From positions 12,406-76,405 of the forward strand of contig CBDHFH010000003.1 of the NCBI GenBank assembly GCA_965262455.1: a stretch of 64,000 bases of DNA, in the 5' to 3' direction. The notes below the pieces were generated by a model. That model saw only the letters and a program-made list of their open reading frames with translations, had not been told where the DNA came from and did no database searches. Below are positions 20,637 to 30,834 of this stretch, one piece after another; positions within the stretch are counted from its first letter, which is position 1; each line of letters starts with the position of its first letter. A program made the position numbers and the translations under genes. This stretch comes from Gammaproteobacteria bacterium. GTDB lineage: Bacteria; Pseudomonadota; Gammaproteobacteria; UBA4575.

Positions 20637-21254
20637 ATGTCATCATTTAATCGTTGGCGGCCCCACCCTTGGCATGGTATAGATGTCGGGCCCAGGCCTC
20701 CCAAAGTTGTTCATGCTTATATTGAAAGTACTCCTTTCAACCATATTAAATACGAAGTAGATAAACAAACAGGCTATTTAAGAGTCGATCGGCCTCACCG
20801 CACCTCTTCACTACCGCCCACACTGTATGGATTCATTCCACAAACATATTGCGGTCGCCGCGTTGGCGCAAACATGGAAGGCGCCACTCAGGGTGATGAT
20901 GATCCATTGGATATTTGTGTTGTCAGCGATCGTCCAATCGATCGCGCAGAATTGATTTTAAATGCACGCGTGGTTGGTGGCCTACCTATGCTTGATGATG
21001 GTGAAGCTGATGACAAAATTATTGCCGTGCTTGAAAAAGATCACGTCTGGTCAAATGTGCATGATATCTCTGAGCTTCCTCACTCCATAGTAGAACGTTT
21101 GCGCCATTACTTTAGCACTTATAAATCTTTACCCGGAGAAGAATCTAAAGTACATGTTGGTGACGCATATGGCAGCGAACATGCACAAAAAGTTGTTCAG
21201 TTATCTATTGATGACTATCTAGATAAATTTGAACGCCTCTCTTCGAGTAACTAG
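20637..21254 (+). CDS. ppa: inorganic pyrophosphatase, family I (plant-like long form)
   Basis: [18 protein letters not shown] and [10 protein letters not shown] motifs. 205 aa, with an insertion relative to E. coli Ppa. Confidence 0.85.
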   Translation: MSSFNRWRPHPWHGIDVGPRPPKVVHAYIESTPFNHIKYEVDKQTGYLRVDRPHRTSSLPPTLYGFIPQTYCGRRVGANMEGATQGDDDPLDICVVSDRPIDRAELILNARVVGGLPMLDDGEADDKIIAVLEKDHVWSNVHDISELPHSIVERLRHYFSTYKSLPGEESKVHVGDAYGSEHAQKVVQLSIDDYLDKFERLSSSN

Positions 21255-21459
21255 CGTCATAATAATATTGCATGCTTAGGGACAACATATCTTTTTGGCT
21301 ACTAAAGGCAACACCATCAAGCTTTGATTTACTAAACAGCATCTCAAACAATTGGTGATGTGACGCAGCAATCAAACAAACAATCAGCTCACTATGCTGC
21401 CTCGTACACGAGCACAGTTGGGCTGATTCGCATCAAAGGCACAGCCAATCAAAATTTGC

Positions 21460-22677
21460 TTAAACCGTCTTACGATGTCCAAACGGCTTCCATGCTGGCG
21501 CAATCACATTAGGCATTTCTGAACGATTAATTAAATTAGCAGGCGCAAGAGTAAATTCACCGTAACGTTGATTAATCTTGTCCATAGCTAAATTGATCTG
21601 ATCGCGTTGAGTATCATGAGTTTCAAACAGGCACAGTTGGCGACCTGCAAAGCTAGGATCTAATGCCGTAATCTGCACTTGTGAACAACCTTGCTTGCGC
21701 CATTCATTACGCAAAAATGCATTCGCCAGTTTTTTTATATGCTGACTATCATTAGTCGGTATGTAGTTTTGTGTTTTTTGCGTTATCCAGCCTTGATTTG
21801 TTTTCACACCAATAAAATATGTTTGTGCTTCCAATTGATGTTTGCGCAGCCTGGCAGCAACTTTTTCTGCCATATGATGAAGATACATTTTTATTGTTGT
21901 TATGCTCTTGGTATTAGGCGGCATCACTTTGCCATGCCCGATAGATTTTGGCGCTGCCACACTTTGCTTTACTGGGTCAGGGTCTTGACCTTGCGCCATA
22001 TACCAAATGCGCCTGCCTAAGTTACCAAATCTATTTGCCAATTCACCAATTGGCAAGCGCTGCATATCTCCACATACATGCACGCCTCGATCATTTAGAA
22101 AATTACCAATGCCTGACGCAATACCACTCAGCTCCGTTACGGGTAATGCACTTAGATACTCACGTGCCTGTTTGGGAGGGACTACAAACAATCCATTCGG
22201 TTTTCTTTTTTTTGCGGCATGCTTAGCTGTGGTTTTATCTCCACTCACACCTACACTACACGTTACTCCACTCGCTTCATGGACTAACTGTTTGGCCATC
22301 TCTCCTGCTTCTACAGGGCTGGCATAAATTTTTTGACAACGCGTCACATCCAGGAATGCTTCATCCACGGAAAACACCTCAACATCAGGCGTTACTGTTT
22401 GCAGCACAGACATAATCTCTGTAGATACTTGCGCATAACGATAGGGCCTCGCTGGCACTTGAATTACATCAGGGCAAAGTTGTCGTGCTTGTTTAATATG
22501 CATGCCTGTTTGAATGCCGTACTTTCTTGCTTCGTAAGAACAAGTAATAAAGCATGTGCCAATTTCGCCATTAGTAATACCAATCGGTTTGCCGCGTAAT
22601 TCAGGACGATCAAATTGCTCAATACTGGCAAAGAAAGCATCCATATCAATAAATACTATGGCCCGCTCCCAATGCAT
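21460..22677 (-). CDS. umuC: Y-family translesion DNA polymerase (UmuC-like)
   Basis: IVFIDMDAFFASIEQ and SVDEAFLDVT catalytic motifs. UmuC-like blocks (ITNGEIGTCFITCSYEARKYGI, VGVSGDKTTAKHAAKK). The start overlaps the lexA stop. Confidence 0.75.
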   Translation of the reverse strand: MHWERAIVFIDMDAFFASIEQFDRPELRGKPIGITNGEIGTCFITCSYEARKYGIQTGMHIKQARQLCPDVIQVPARPYRYAQVSTEIMSVLQTVTPDVEVFSVDEAFLDVTRCQKIYASPVEAGEMAKQLVHEASGVTCSVGVSGDKTTAKHAAKKRKPNGLFVVPPKQAREYLSALPVTELSGIASGIGNFLNDRGVHVCGDMQRLPIGELANRFGNLGRRIWYMAQGQDPDPVKQSVAAPKSIGHGKVMPPNTKSITTIKMYLHHMAEKVAARLRKHQLEAQTYFIGVKTNQGWITQKTQNYIPTNDSQHIKKLANAFLRNEWRKQGCSQVQITALDPSFAGRQLCLFETHDTQRDQINLAMDKINQRYGEFTLAPANLINRSEMPNVIAPAWKPFGHRKTV

Positions 22678-22678
22678 T

Positions 22679-23281
22679 TCAATCGTACACTCTCACTTGC
22701 CCCACCAATACACCTTGAATAGTGACGCGTTTAGCTGCGTATTCTTTTGCTTGCATATTTTTATTGGCAGGAATTAACCGCACCGTATTTTTATTCGGGT
22801 ACTGAATACGTTTAAGCGTAACGTCCTGGGCATCAATTAATGCCACTACAATTTGATTACTGCGCGCGCTGCTGGCATGTTCAATAATCACCATGTCACC
22901 ATGACGAATGCCCTCATCCACCATCGACTGCCCTTTTACTTCCAGCACATAACGGTTAGGTCCATTTAATAAATGAGTAAAATTTATTGTTTGTTTATCT
23001 TCAATCGCCTCAATAGGCTTGCCTGCGGCAATACAACCCAACAAGGGCAAATCGTCAATATCTGGGTGATCGGCTAACTCAATACCACGCGTTTTAGGAT
23101 TGCGAATAATATAGCCTTTGTCTTCCAGCGCTGATACATAGCGGTGTACCACCCCTTTAGACTGAATCCCCAAGCCCGTAGCAATTTCAGTCAATAGCGG
23201 CGCTTTGCGCTGTTTAACATAGTAATTAACAATAAAATCGAAGGTGTCTTGTTCGCGTTTGGTTAGCATATAAGTTCTCAT
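22679..23281 (-). CDS. lexA: LexA repressor (wHTH + S24 peptidase domains)
   Basis: N-terminal winged-HTH (LTKREQDTFDFIVNYY...GYIIRNPKTRGIEL). Ala-Gly cleavage site (CIAAGKP). Ser (GQSMVDEGI) and Lys (TLKRI) of the catalytic dyad. The true start is likely the second Met (MLTKREQ). Confidence 0.8.
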   Translation of the reverse strand: MRTYMLTKREQDTFDFIVNYYVKQRKAPLLTEIATGLGIQSKGVVHRYVSALEDKGYIIRNPKTRGIELADHPDIDDLPLLGCIAAGKPIEAIEDKQTINFTHLLNGPNRYVLEVKGQSMVDEGIRHGDMVIIEHASSARSNQIVVALIDAQDVTLKRIQYPNKNTVRLIPANKNMQAKEYAAKRVTIQGVLVGQVRVYD

Positions 23282-23284
23282 AAA

Positions 23285-23313
23285 GTTCTCGATAATGAGA
23301 ACATAGTGAGAAC
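23285..23313 (-). promoter_or_regulatory. candidate LexA operator: GTTCTC-gataat-GAGAAC palindrome overlapping a GAAC-N7-GAAC direct repeat
   Basis: Read directly: GTTCTCgataatGAGAACatagtgaGAAC, ending 4 nt before the annotated lexA start. GTTC-N7-GTTC is the LexA box type known from alphaproteobacteria. No CTGT-N8-ACAG box was found in this intergenic region. Confidence 0.45.
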
Positions 23314-23427
23314 CTTGATGTCAATGTAAAAATTTTTTCCTGAAATACACTGCATAATCAGTAAATTTCACATTCATTAGCATGCAAAACGAGAGTATGC
23401 TTCATTAAATCAGCCATACAACACATC

Positions 23428-24480
23428 ATGCTCATAAATATGCGAACAACATTACAATGCTTAGCATTTATTTTGCTAATAGTTTTTTCATTCAATAGTC
23501 TGGCAGAAAAAATTATTATGCATACAGTGATGGACACAAAGCGCAATATGCCTATGCATCACATTCCATTGCCTGCGGACTGGAAAATAATTACACCTCA
23601 ATCAACAGAAGAGCCCAACATCACGGGCCCAAATGGAATCAAAATATATTATCGCGCGGGTGGCTCTTATGTATTTAGCCAAGACCCTTACATGCAGCAG
23701 ATTTATGCGCAAAGCGGACAAGCGATGCGTCCACCAATTAATGCACAACAAATAGTAGAGCAGGATTTAAAACCAACACTTAGTCAACATGGCTTTAGCC
23801 TAACCAATATGGAGCCATTACCAGAGGTCGCAAAACGCAGCGAAGCGTATAGTAATAAGTTATATCAAAGTGTGCCCGCACAAAAATATTTTGCCGCACT
23901 GGGCACAGAATGGAATGACGGTAAAGGCAATAGTGCATATATTATTATCGACCAGATGATTACCGAAGGACAAGGAAGTACTTTTTGGTACTACTCATTA
24001 AAAATGGTTGAAGCACCTAACGCGCATATAGCCGATGCCAAGCAAGCATTTATTTATGGCATCGTGAATACGCAGGACAATCCACAGCAAATTCAAGCAT
24101 ACAATTTAAGTGAGCAACAAAAATCTGCTCACAGCTGGCAACAACATAATTCACGTATGCAGCAAAACCAGCAAAATTTTGAACGCCAACAAGCGTTACA
24201 CAGAAATACAACAGATGCGATTAATCGTTCTATCAACGAAACCTACCGCAACCAAGATGCTGCCAGTGATCGTATTCAGGACAAGCAAGTCAATGTTATT
24301 CGCGATGAGAGCACTGTCACTAGCCCTTATGATGGTGAAAAGTATCAAGTTGAAGCTGGTGCAGACCAATATTGGATTAACAATGAAGGCGAATATATTT
24401 ATAGCGAAGATCCAAACTATAATCCAAATGCACATCCAGACAATAATCAACAATGGGAACAGGTTGAGCCCGAATACTAA
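23428..24480 (+). CDS. secreted hypothetical protein with a Q/N-rich C-terminal region
   Basis: Signal peptide (LQCLAFILLIVFSFNSLA). Low-complexity Q/N-rich C-terminal half. No recognisable domain. Probable start at 23440. Confidence 0.5.
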   Translation: MLINMRTTLQCLAFILLIVFSFNSLAEKIIMHTVMDTKRNMPMHHIPLPADWKIITPQSTEEPNITGPNGIKIYYRAGGSYVFSQDPYMQQIYAQSGQAMRPPINAQQIVEQDLKPTLSQHGFSLTNMEPLPEVAKRSEAYSNKLYQSVPAQKYFAALGTEWNDGKGNSAYIIIDQMITEGQGSTFWYYSLKMVEAPNAHIADAKQAFIYGIVNTQDNPQQIQAYNLSEQQKSAHSWQQHNSRMQQNQQNFERQQALHRNTTDAINRSINETYRNQDAASDRIQDKQVNVIRDESTVTSPYDGEKYQVEAGADQYWINNEGEYIYSEDPNYNPNAHPDNNQQWEQVEPEY

Positions 24481-24489
24481 CGTATAGAA

Positions 24490-25083
24490 CTAAAACCTAA
24501 TCTTTCCCACCACTTCTATATTATCTTTTAACACAAGCGCTTCTCCCGGGATTAGATTTAAGCCTGTAATCGCCAAAATATTTTCTGGGTGCGTCATCAG
24601 CACAAGCGCATTTGAACTCTTCCAATTAGAAATAACTTTTATTGCTTGTTTAGTGTAATAAGACTTATTCTCTGGTCGCAAATTAAAAGAATCAAATGAA
24701 GCATTTGCAAATGTCATTCCAGGAAAAGCAAGCGTCGCTGTTTCGCGTGTTCGACACCAGCGCGAATGCAGCACAATGCCGACTTTAATATTATTTTTAC
24801 GAAATCTTTGCCCAACTCGTCTTGCTTGGCTGCGCCCAGCTTCCGATAAATTAACTTGCGTACTACAATCACCCATGCGAAATCTGTAAGGATTATCGAT
24901 ACCTTTCACATGCGTATGTGACATCATTAAAATGCCACCTTCACTTAATGCGCGCCATGAAATTTGCTCTTTGAGACGATCGAAGAAAATTGAATTTAAA
25001 TGTGCTGAACAGCAAAGAAATAATGTAAGGCATAAGACAATTGTCTGCCTTAAAAAACTATCCGCCAATAAATTTTCTCGCAT
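24490..25083 (-). CDS. histidine phosphatase superfamily (SixA/PGAM-like) protein, putative
   Basis: N-terminal signal or membrane anchor. Segments LSEAGRSQARRVG and IVLHSRWCRTRETA resemble the PGAM/SixA fold. The RHG motif is not canonical. Confidence 0.4.
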   Translation of the reverse strand: MRENLLADSFLRQTIVLCLTLFLCCSAHLNSIFFDRLKEQISWRALSEGGILMMSHTHVKGIDNPYRFRMGDCSTQVNLSEAGRSQARRVGQRFRKNNIKVGIVLHSRWCRTRETATLAFPGMTFANASFDSFNLRPENKSYYTKQAIKVISNWKSSNALVLMTHPENILAITGLNLIPGEALVLKDNIEVVGKIRF

Positions 25084-25200
25084 AAATACTCCTTTGAGAA
25101 AGTACTTATTTGAATACCTCTACTTATCGACCATAATAAGAAAATTAAAAATTTAATGTGAACCTCTTGACAAAAAATTACGATCATTCGTCAAGTAATT

Positions 25201-25226
25201 TATATTAGAATAATAATTCTAATATA
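25201..25226. other. AT-only inverted repeat (11-bp arms, 4-bp spacer)
   Basis: TATATTAGAAT-aata-ATTCTAATATA. Lies 118 nt upstream of the phosphatase-like gene and downstream of the omp gene. Confidence 0.3.
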
Positions 25227-25337
25227 TTAGCTGCATTAATAGCCCAGATTTTGCATACAAAACCTGAGCTATTTAATTATTTTGATATTCGCTAAAAACT
25301 GACAACGTTATCAATTAATGACGTCTGTGTTTAATAA

Positions 25338-25979
25338 TTAAAACTGTATGACAACACCTGCCGAGATCAAATCAATATCTAAAGTGCCTATCTCACTATC
25401 ACCGATATTATTGAATCTCTCCCATTCAGCTCTGAGTTTAATGTTTTCAGTGATATTATAATGTGCACCAAATCCAAAATGGATATCGGTACCATTTTCA
25501 TCTTCATCGCCAATCAATTCGAGATTATTGTCAGTGATACCAAATTCAATATCCCAATAAATCATTCCCAACTTCATAAGCACACTAAAATTATTAGTCA
25601 AAGGCCATTCAGCCAACCCTGAGAGAAAGAACCCATCAATCTTCACCTCTAAAGTACCCGGAACAATTGCTAACGTATTAACATTTATAAATAAAGCATC
25701 CGCATCTGATTGACCAAAATCAACTGCCCCACCTTCTATAGCAAAATATTGATTAAACTTATAACCAGCATACACTTTCCAACCTAAGTCATCATCACAC
25801 GAGCCAAGCACATCTTCGCATGCATCTTTTTGGTCAGCTTGGCCAACACTTGCACCAACATAAAATCCATTATTGTCATTTTGCGCAAAGCCATTAGGGG
25901 CAATCATAACTAGCGCAAAAATCATGACTAATGCATTTAGCAAATATATTCGCTTATTACGTATTTGAAATACTTTCAC
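25338..25979 (-). CDS. outer-membrane beta-barrel (OmpA-like/porin family) protein
   Basis: Signal peptide, alternating amphipathic beta-strands and a C-terminal aromatic residue (VVIQF). 213 aa. Confidence 0.65.
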   Translation of the reverse strand: MKVFQIRNKRIYLLNALVMIFALVMIAPNGFAQNDNNGFYVGASVGQADQKDACEDVLGSCDDDLGWKVYAGYKFNQYFAIEGGAVDFGQSDADALFINVNTLAIVPGTLEVKIDGFFLSGLAEWPLTNNFSVLMKLGMIYWDIEFGITDNNLELIGDEDENGTDIHFGFGAHYNITENIKLRAEWERFNNIGDSEIGTLDIDLISAGVVIQF

Positions 25980-26192
25980 TTTATTACTCCAAAATTTATT
26001 AATATTTATTTTTTATATAAATAATTATTGATTAATACACATTTAATGCTTGGAATTCAGATCAACTGCAATGTTGATCGCGCATTCGGTAAATGTTTTT
26101 GTTAATTGATTTTGTGTTTGATTGAGACTCGTTAACAGCTGAGGCATCCGGTATAGTACGCGCACATATTTATGACAAACTACTAACAAACA

Positions 26193-27869
26193 ATGACTAA
26201 AAAACTTCGACCTCATTCATCTATTGTTGTTGATGGCACCGAGCGCGCACCCAGTCGCGCAATGTTGCGTGCAGTAGGATTTAAAGACGACGATTTCAAA
26301 AAACCGCAAATAGGAATCGCATCGACATGGAGCATGGTCACACCATGTAATATGCACATTAATAAGTTGGCAGAAAAGGCCGCGGCGGGCGCCGATAGTG
26401 CCGGCGGCAAAGGCGTCATCTTCAATACAATTACCATTTCAGATGGTATTTCAATGGGCTCCGAAGGTATGAAGTATTCGTTAGTATCACGCGAAGTGAT
26501 TGCTGACTCCATTGAGACAGTCACCGGTTGCGAGGGATTTGATGGCGTCGTTGCCATCGGTGGCTGTGATAAAAATATGCCTGGTTGTTTGATCGCACTC
26601 GCGCGTCTCAATCGACCCGCAGTGTTTGTATATGGCGGCACCATCATGCCCGGCAATTATAAAGGTACAAAGGTCGATGTGGTTTCCGTCTTTGAAGCTG
26701 TTGGTCAACATGCCAAACGGCAGATTACCAATCAAGAATTAAAACAAGTGGAATCAACCGCCATCCCTGGTGCCGGTTCCTGTGGCGGGATGTATACCGC
26801 CAACACAATGGCCTCAGCGATTGAGGCACTGGGAATGAGCTTGCCAGGCAGTTCTGCTCAAGCAGCAATTTCTAAATCAAAAGAAACGGACTGCCGTAAT
26901 GCAGGCAAAGCTGTGTATAACTTATTAAAGAAAAACATACTTCCTAGTGACATTATGACGCGCCAGGCATTTTTAAATGCGATTGCTGTCATTACTGCAT
27001 TAGGTGGTTCAACCAACGCCGTATTGCATTTACTTGCAATGGCACATGCAATGAAAGTCAAACTAACCATTGATGACTTCACGCGTGTAGGCAAAAAAGT
27101 CCCTGTGCTCGCTGATTTACGTCCAAGCGGCAAATATATGATGTCAGAACTAATCGCCATTGGTGGTATTCAGCCGCTAATGAAGATGCTATTGGATAAA
27201 GGCTTACTTTATGGTGACTGCCTCACGGTTACCGGCAAGACGCTAAAGCAAAATCTTAAAGACGTTAAGCCATACTCAAAACGTCAGCAAATCGTGCGTA
27301 GTTTTGATAACCCAATAAAGAAAGACGGGCACTTGGTTATCCTGTATGGAAATTTAGCACCACAAGGTGCCGTGGCGAAAATATCAGGCAAAGAAGGACT
27401 CGCTTTCACTGGCATAGCAAAAGTTTTTGCCTCAGAAGAGACCGCATTAAAGAAAATATTAGATGGCGGCATCAAAGCCGGTGATGTCATTGTGATTCGT
27501 TATGAAGGCCCGATTGGCGGGCCCGGCATGCGTGAAATGCTGTCGCCCACTTCCGCCATTATGGGCAAAGGGTTAGGCAAAGACGTCGCACTCATCACGG
27601 ATGGTAGATTTTCTGGTGGCAGTCATGGGTTTGTTGTCGGTCATATCACTCCTGAAGCCGCCGTCGGAGGCCCATTGGCGCTGGTAAAAAATGGGGACAA
27701 AATTACGATTGACGCTAAAAACCGCGAAATGACGCTACATGTTAGCAAAAATGAGCTAAACAAGCGCAAACGCTCATGGAAAGCGCCCAAACCAAATTAC
27801 ACTCGCGGGGTACTTGCCAAATACGCGAAACAAGTGAGCTCTGCTTCTGATGGAGCTGTAACAGATTAG
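26193..27869 (+). CDS. ilvD: dihydroxy-acid dehydratase (short form)
   Basis: 558 aa. Fe-S cluster Cys motifs ([13 protein letters not shown]) and [11 protein letters not shown] near the C-terminus. Confidence 0.9.
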   Translation: MTKKLRPHSSIVVDGTERAPSRAMLRAVGFKDDDFKKPQIGIASTWSMVTPCNMHINKLAEKAAAGADSAGGKGVIFNTITISDGISMGSEGMKYSLVSREVIADSIETVTGCEGFDGVVAIGGCDKNMPGCLIALARLNRPAVFVYGGTIMPGNYKGTKVDVVSVFEAVGQHAKRQITNQELKQVESTAIPGAGSCGGMYTANTMASAIEALGMSLPGSSAQAAISKSKETDCRNAGKAVYNLLKKNILPSDIMTRQAFLNAIAVITALGGSTNAVLHLLAMAHAMKVKLTIDDFTRVGKKVPVLADLRPSGKYMMSELIAIGGIQPLMKMLLDKGLLYGDCLTVTGKTLKQNLKDVKPYSKRQQIVRSFDNPIKKDGHLVILYGNLAPQGAVAKISGKEGLAFTGIAKVFASEETALKKILDGGIKAGDVIVIRYEGPIGGPGMREMLSPTSAIMGKGLGKDVALITDGRFSGGSHGFVVGHITPEAAVGGPLALVKNGDKITIDAKNREMTLHVSKNELNKRKRSWKAPKPNYTRGVLAKYAKQVSSASDGAVTD

Positions 27870-28237
27870 GCATTTTAATCATGTATTTACATAGTTCACT
27901 CGCTTAGAGTTTATATGCAGACTCAGAAGTGTTTGCATGACTCATGCACGTAAGCACTTGAACAATGTAGAAAAACAAAAAATATTATGTCTGCTTTTCG
28001 ACCTGGAGTAAGGCTCGAAACTATTGCTGCGAGATAGATGAGGGTAGCACTCAGCCTCTATCCAGTATAAATTACCCTCGTTATGAGTTTACTGAAGCAG
28101 ATACGACAAAAACAGGCGTCAAAATAACAAACATATACGCACTGAATCCCACGATTTGTAGATTACATTTGGAGCACACTCTACCCCTCACTGGGAATCG
28201 TCCAGTTATTCACATTTTAAATATAAGGAGCAGTTGA

Positions 28238-28870
28238 ATGTCACTGACACCAGAAGAATTAGAAGCCATCATGGAACGTAAAAATAAGATGCGACGCGAG
28301 GCATATGACCGTCGCAACGCACAAGAAAACAAGGATGAGGTTAGCGCTAAAGCCGTTAAACGCTTTATGGAGCTGCCTGACTATCAGAATGCTCACTGTG
28401 TTATGTGGTACATCGACTGCCGATCAGAAACGCGCACCAAGCCTGAGTTACTCGCAGAAGTCGCCAAGGGCGAAAAGAAAATTATCGTGCCTTACTGCAC
28501 TGAAGATGAAAACGGTGAAAACAAACTTGGTCTATGGTGGATGGAAAGCCTAGAAGAGATGGTGGTTGGTAAATGGGATATCCTTGAGCCGCCTAAAGAA
28601 ATGTGGGGCAATCCAGAAAAAGAAGTTGAAGCTGAAGACCTCGATCTTGTTATGGTTCCTGGCGTTGGCTTTGACCGTAATGGGGGACGCATGGGTAATG
28701 GCCAAGGTTACTATGACCGCTTGCTGGAAAAAGTTCGCCCAGAATCACCTTTGATTGCGCTCTGCTACGAGTCGCAGTTATTCGACAATGTGTTAGTGGC
28801 ACCACATGATGTTTACATGGATAAAGTTGTTACTGAAGATGCTGTTTACGAAGGTAAAGGAAGAGACTAA
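28238..28870 (+). CDS. 5-formyltetrahydrofolate cyclo-ligase (MTHFS) family protein
   Basis: 210 aa. MTHFS-family signature (MVPGVGFDRNGGRMGNGQGYYDRLL). Stop overlaps the fhcD start (TAATG). Confidence 0.7.
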   Translation: MSLTPEELEAIMERKNKMRREAYDRRNAQENKDEVSAKAVKRFMELPDYQNAHCVMWYIDCRSETRTKPELLAEVAKGEKKIIVPYCTEDENGENKLGLWWMESLEEMVVGKWDILEPPKEMWGNPEKEVEAEDLDLVMVPGVGFDRNGGRMGNGQGYYDRLLEKVRPESPLIALCYESQLFDNVLVAPHDVYMDKVVTEDAVYEGKGRD

Positions 28871-29793
28871 TGACTGCCATTATTGATGACACTTATGCAG
28901 AAGCGTTTAGAAGCTTCTACACAGAGTTTCTAATTACTGCAAAAGACTTGAAGTGGGTGGAGCACGCCGTGAATGCGGCCACAGGCAATGCATCAAGTTC
29001 CATTCTATGTGATTGTGAAGCCGGGCTAGATCGATATGTGGGTCCTGGTGCTGATGAGAGTTTTGAAACACCTGATGGTCGTCCTGGCGCATTGGTGCAG
29101 TTGCACGTGCCACGTTTTCGCAAAGATCGCGTAGAAGCATTAGAGCGCTCTGCGTTAGTGAGGATCAGTCAGAATGTGATGACATGCCCAACTGCATCAT
29201 GTTTCAACATGATTGACTCTGAGAACTACTATCATATGGGCCGCAAAGTCGCTTACTTCGGTAATGGTTACCAAAAACGTATTGAACGTTATGGGCGCAA
29301 AATGTGGTGGATCCCGATTCTTGGTGGCGAGTTTGTGCTTGATCGCCGATTGGGGCAAGCCGATGGTCTAATGGGGGGCAATCTTTGGTTCTTTGGTAAA
29401 GATGTTGACTCTGCACTGGAAGCCGCCGAAAAAGGCTGCGAAGCTATTTCTCCTATCGATGGCGTGATCACTACATTCCCGGGCGGTATTGCTGGCAGCG
29501 GTTCTAAAGCTGGTAGTAATTACGATTTCACTATTGCAAGTACCTATGAAAAGTTTTGTCCACTACTGCAAGATGATCCCACCGTTGAACATGGTCTCCC
29601 TGAAGGCGTTAACTCAGTGATGGAAATTATCATGAATGGACGCGATATGGCTTGCATTGTTGAAGCAACTCAAGCGGCGATCCAAGCATCTAAAGAAACA
29701 GATGGACTCATTATGATATCAGCAGGTAACTATAATGGACGTCTAGGTAAGAGCTTTATTTACCTGGATCCGAGCAAACAGCCCAATGACTAA
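28870..29793 (+). CDS. fhcD: formylmethanofuran:tetrahydromethanopterin N-formyltransferase (Ftr/FhcD)
   Basis: 307 aa. Ftr-like throughout (DDTYAEAFRSFYTEFLITA, GNASSSILCDCEAGLDRYV). No fhcA/B/C adjacent. Confidence 0.85.
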   Translation: MTAIIDDTYAEAFRSFYTEFLITAKDLKWVEHAVNAATGNASSSILCDCEAGLDRYVGPGADESFETPDGRPGALVQLHVPRFRKDRVEALERSALVRISQNVMTCPTASCFNMIDSENYYHMGRKVAYFGNGYQKRIERYGRKMWWIPILGGEFVLDRRLGQADGLMGGNLWFFGKDVDSALEAAEKGCEAISPIDGVITTFPGGIAGSGSKAGSNYDFTIASTYEKFCPLLQDDPTVEHGLPEGVNSVMEIIMNGRDMACIVEATQAAIQASKETDGLIMISAGNYNGRLGKSFIYLDPSKQPND

Positions 29794-29904
29794 TAATTGC
29801 ATTGGCACACCAGCATTTGCAGCAATAAGTAATATGCACTATTGGTATTTATATTTAGTAGATATTGCTAATAAATCATAGATTGTTCGGTTGTAAGTTG
29901 CACC

Positions 29905-29945
29905 TAAGGCCAGTTGAATTAAACTCAATTGGCCTTTTTTAATTG
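29905..29945 (+). terminator. rho-independent terminator after fhcD
   Basis: Hairpin GGCCAGTTG-aattaaact-CAATTGGCC, followed by TTTTTTAATTG. Confidence 0.5.
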
Positions 29946-29976
29946 TTTCACAGACCTAAACAACGAGGGTTTAACA

Positions 29977-30834
29977 GTGGTTATCGACGGCAAAAAAGTT
30001 GCTTTACAAATTCGCAACAGAATCAAAGCACAACTAGAAAACTTCCCACATGCAAACATTACCCTAGCCACTGTTATTGTCGGCAAGAACCCTGCAAGTC
30101 AGTTATACGTAGGCATGAAACACCGTGAAGCAAATGCAGCGGGCATTCACTCGAAACATGTCGAACTAGATGAAAACATTACCCAACTTGAATTAGAGCA
30201 ACAAATTACACTGTTAGCGAATGACGATAACGTCCATGGCATACTTGTACAATTGCCGTTGCCAAAGCATTTGAACAAAGAAAAAATGCTGGAAAAAATT
30301 CCTGCGGAGAAAGACGTTGATGGTTTGACTGACACCAACATGGGCCGTCTACTGCAAGGACATAAACAACTTGTGCCCTGTACACCCTTGGGTGTGATGC
30401 GTCTAATTGAAGCATACAATGTCACTACCAACGGCAAAAACGCGGTAGTTATTGGGCGCTCATCTTTGGTTGGCTTACCGCAAGTGTTATTGCTTGCAGA
30501 ACGCGGCGCAGATGCCACTGTCACACTGGCTCATTCACGCACTCAAGATCTAGCCGAGGTATGCAAACAGGCCGATATATTAGTAAGTGCAGTGGGCTCT
30601 CCCGCACTTGTTACAGAGCAGTTTATTAAACCTGGTGCAATGGTATTTGATGTTGGCGTAACTCGCCTAGATAACCAAAAAATCCAGGGTGATGTTGATT
30701 TTGATGCAGCGATAAAAATTGCTGGCGGCGTCACGCCTATGCCGGGCGGAACAGGCCCGATGACGGTGGCTTGTTTACTCGAAAACACTATTCTTGCAGC
30801 CACCCTGCAAGACGCATTACCCAGATCACATTAA
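29977..30834 (+). CDS. folD: bifunctional methylene-H4F dehydrogenase / methenyl-H4F cyclohydrolase
   Basis: FolD motifs (GKNPASQLYVGMKHRE, VQLPLPKHL, GRSSLVGLP, GGVTPMPGGTGPMT). Start set at the GTG at 29977, preceded by GAGGG. The ORF track begins at 29929. Confidence 0.85.
   Translation: MVIDGKKVALQIRNRIKAQLENFPHANITLATVIVGKNPASQLYVGMKHREANAAGIHSKHVELDENITQLELEQQITLLANDDNVHGILVQLPLPKHLNKEKMLEKIPAEKDVDGLTDTNMGRLLQGHKQLVPCTPLGVMRLIEAYNVTTNGKNAVVIGRSSLVGLPQVLLLAERGADATVTLAHSRTQDLAEVCKQADILVSAVGSPALVTEQFIKPGAMVFDVGVTRLDNQKIQGDVDFDAAIKIAGGVTPMPGGTGPMTVACLLENTILAATLQDALPRSH

Noticed and set aside
26213-27490. Several minus-strand ORFs overlapping ilvD
   Set aside because: They are antisense to a strongly conserved gene, with low-complexity Pro/Ala/Ser-rich translations typical of GC-skewed shadow frames.
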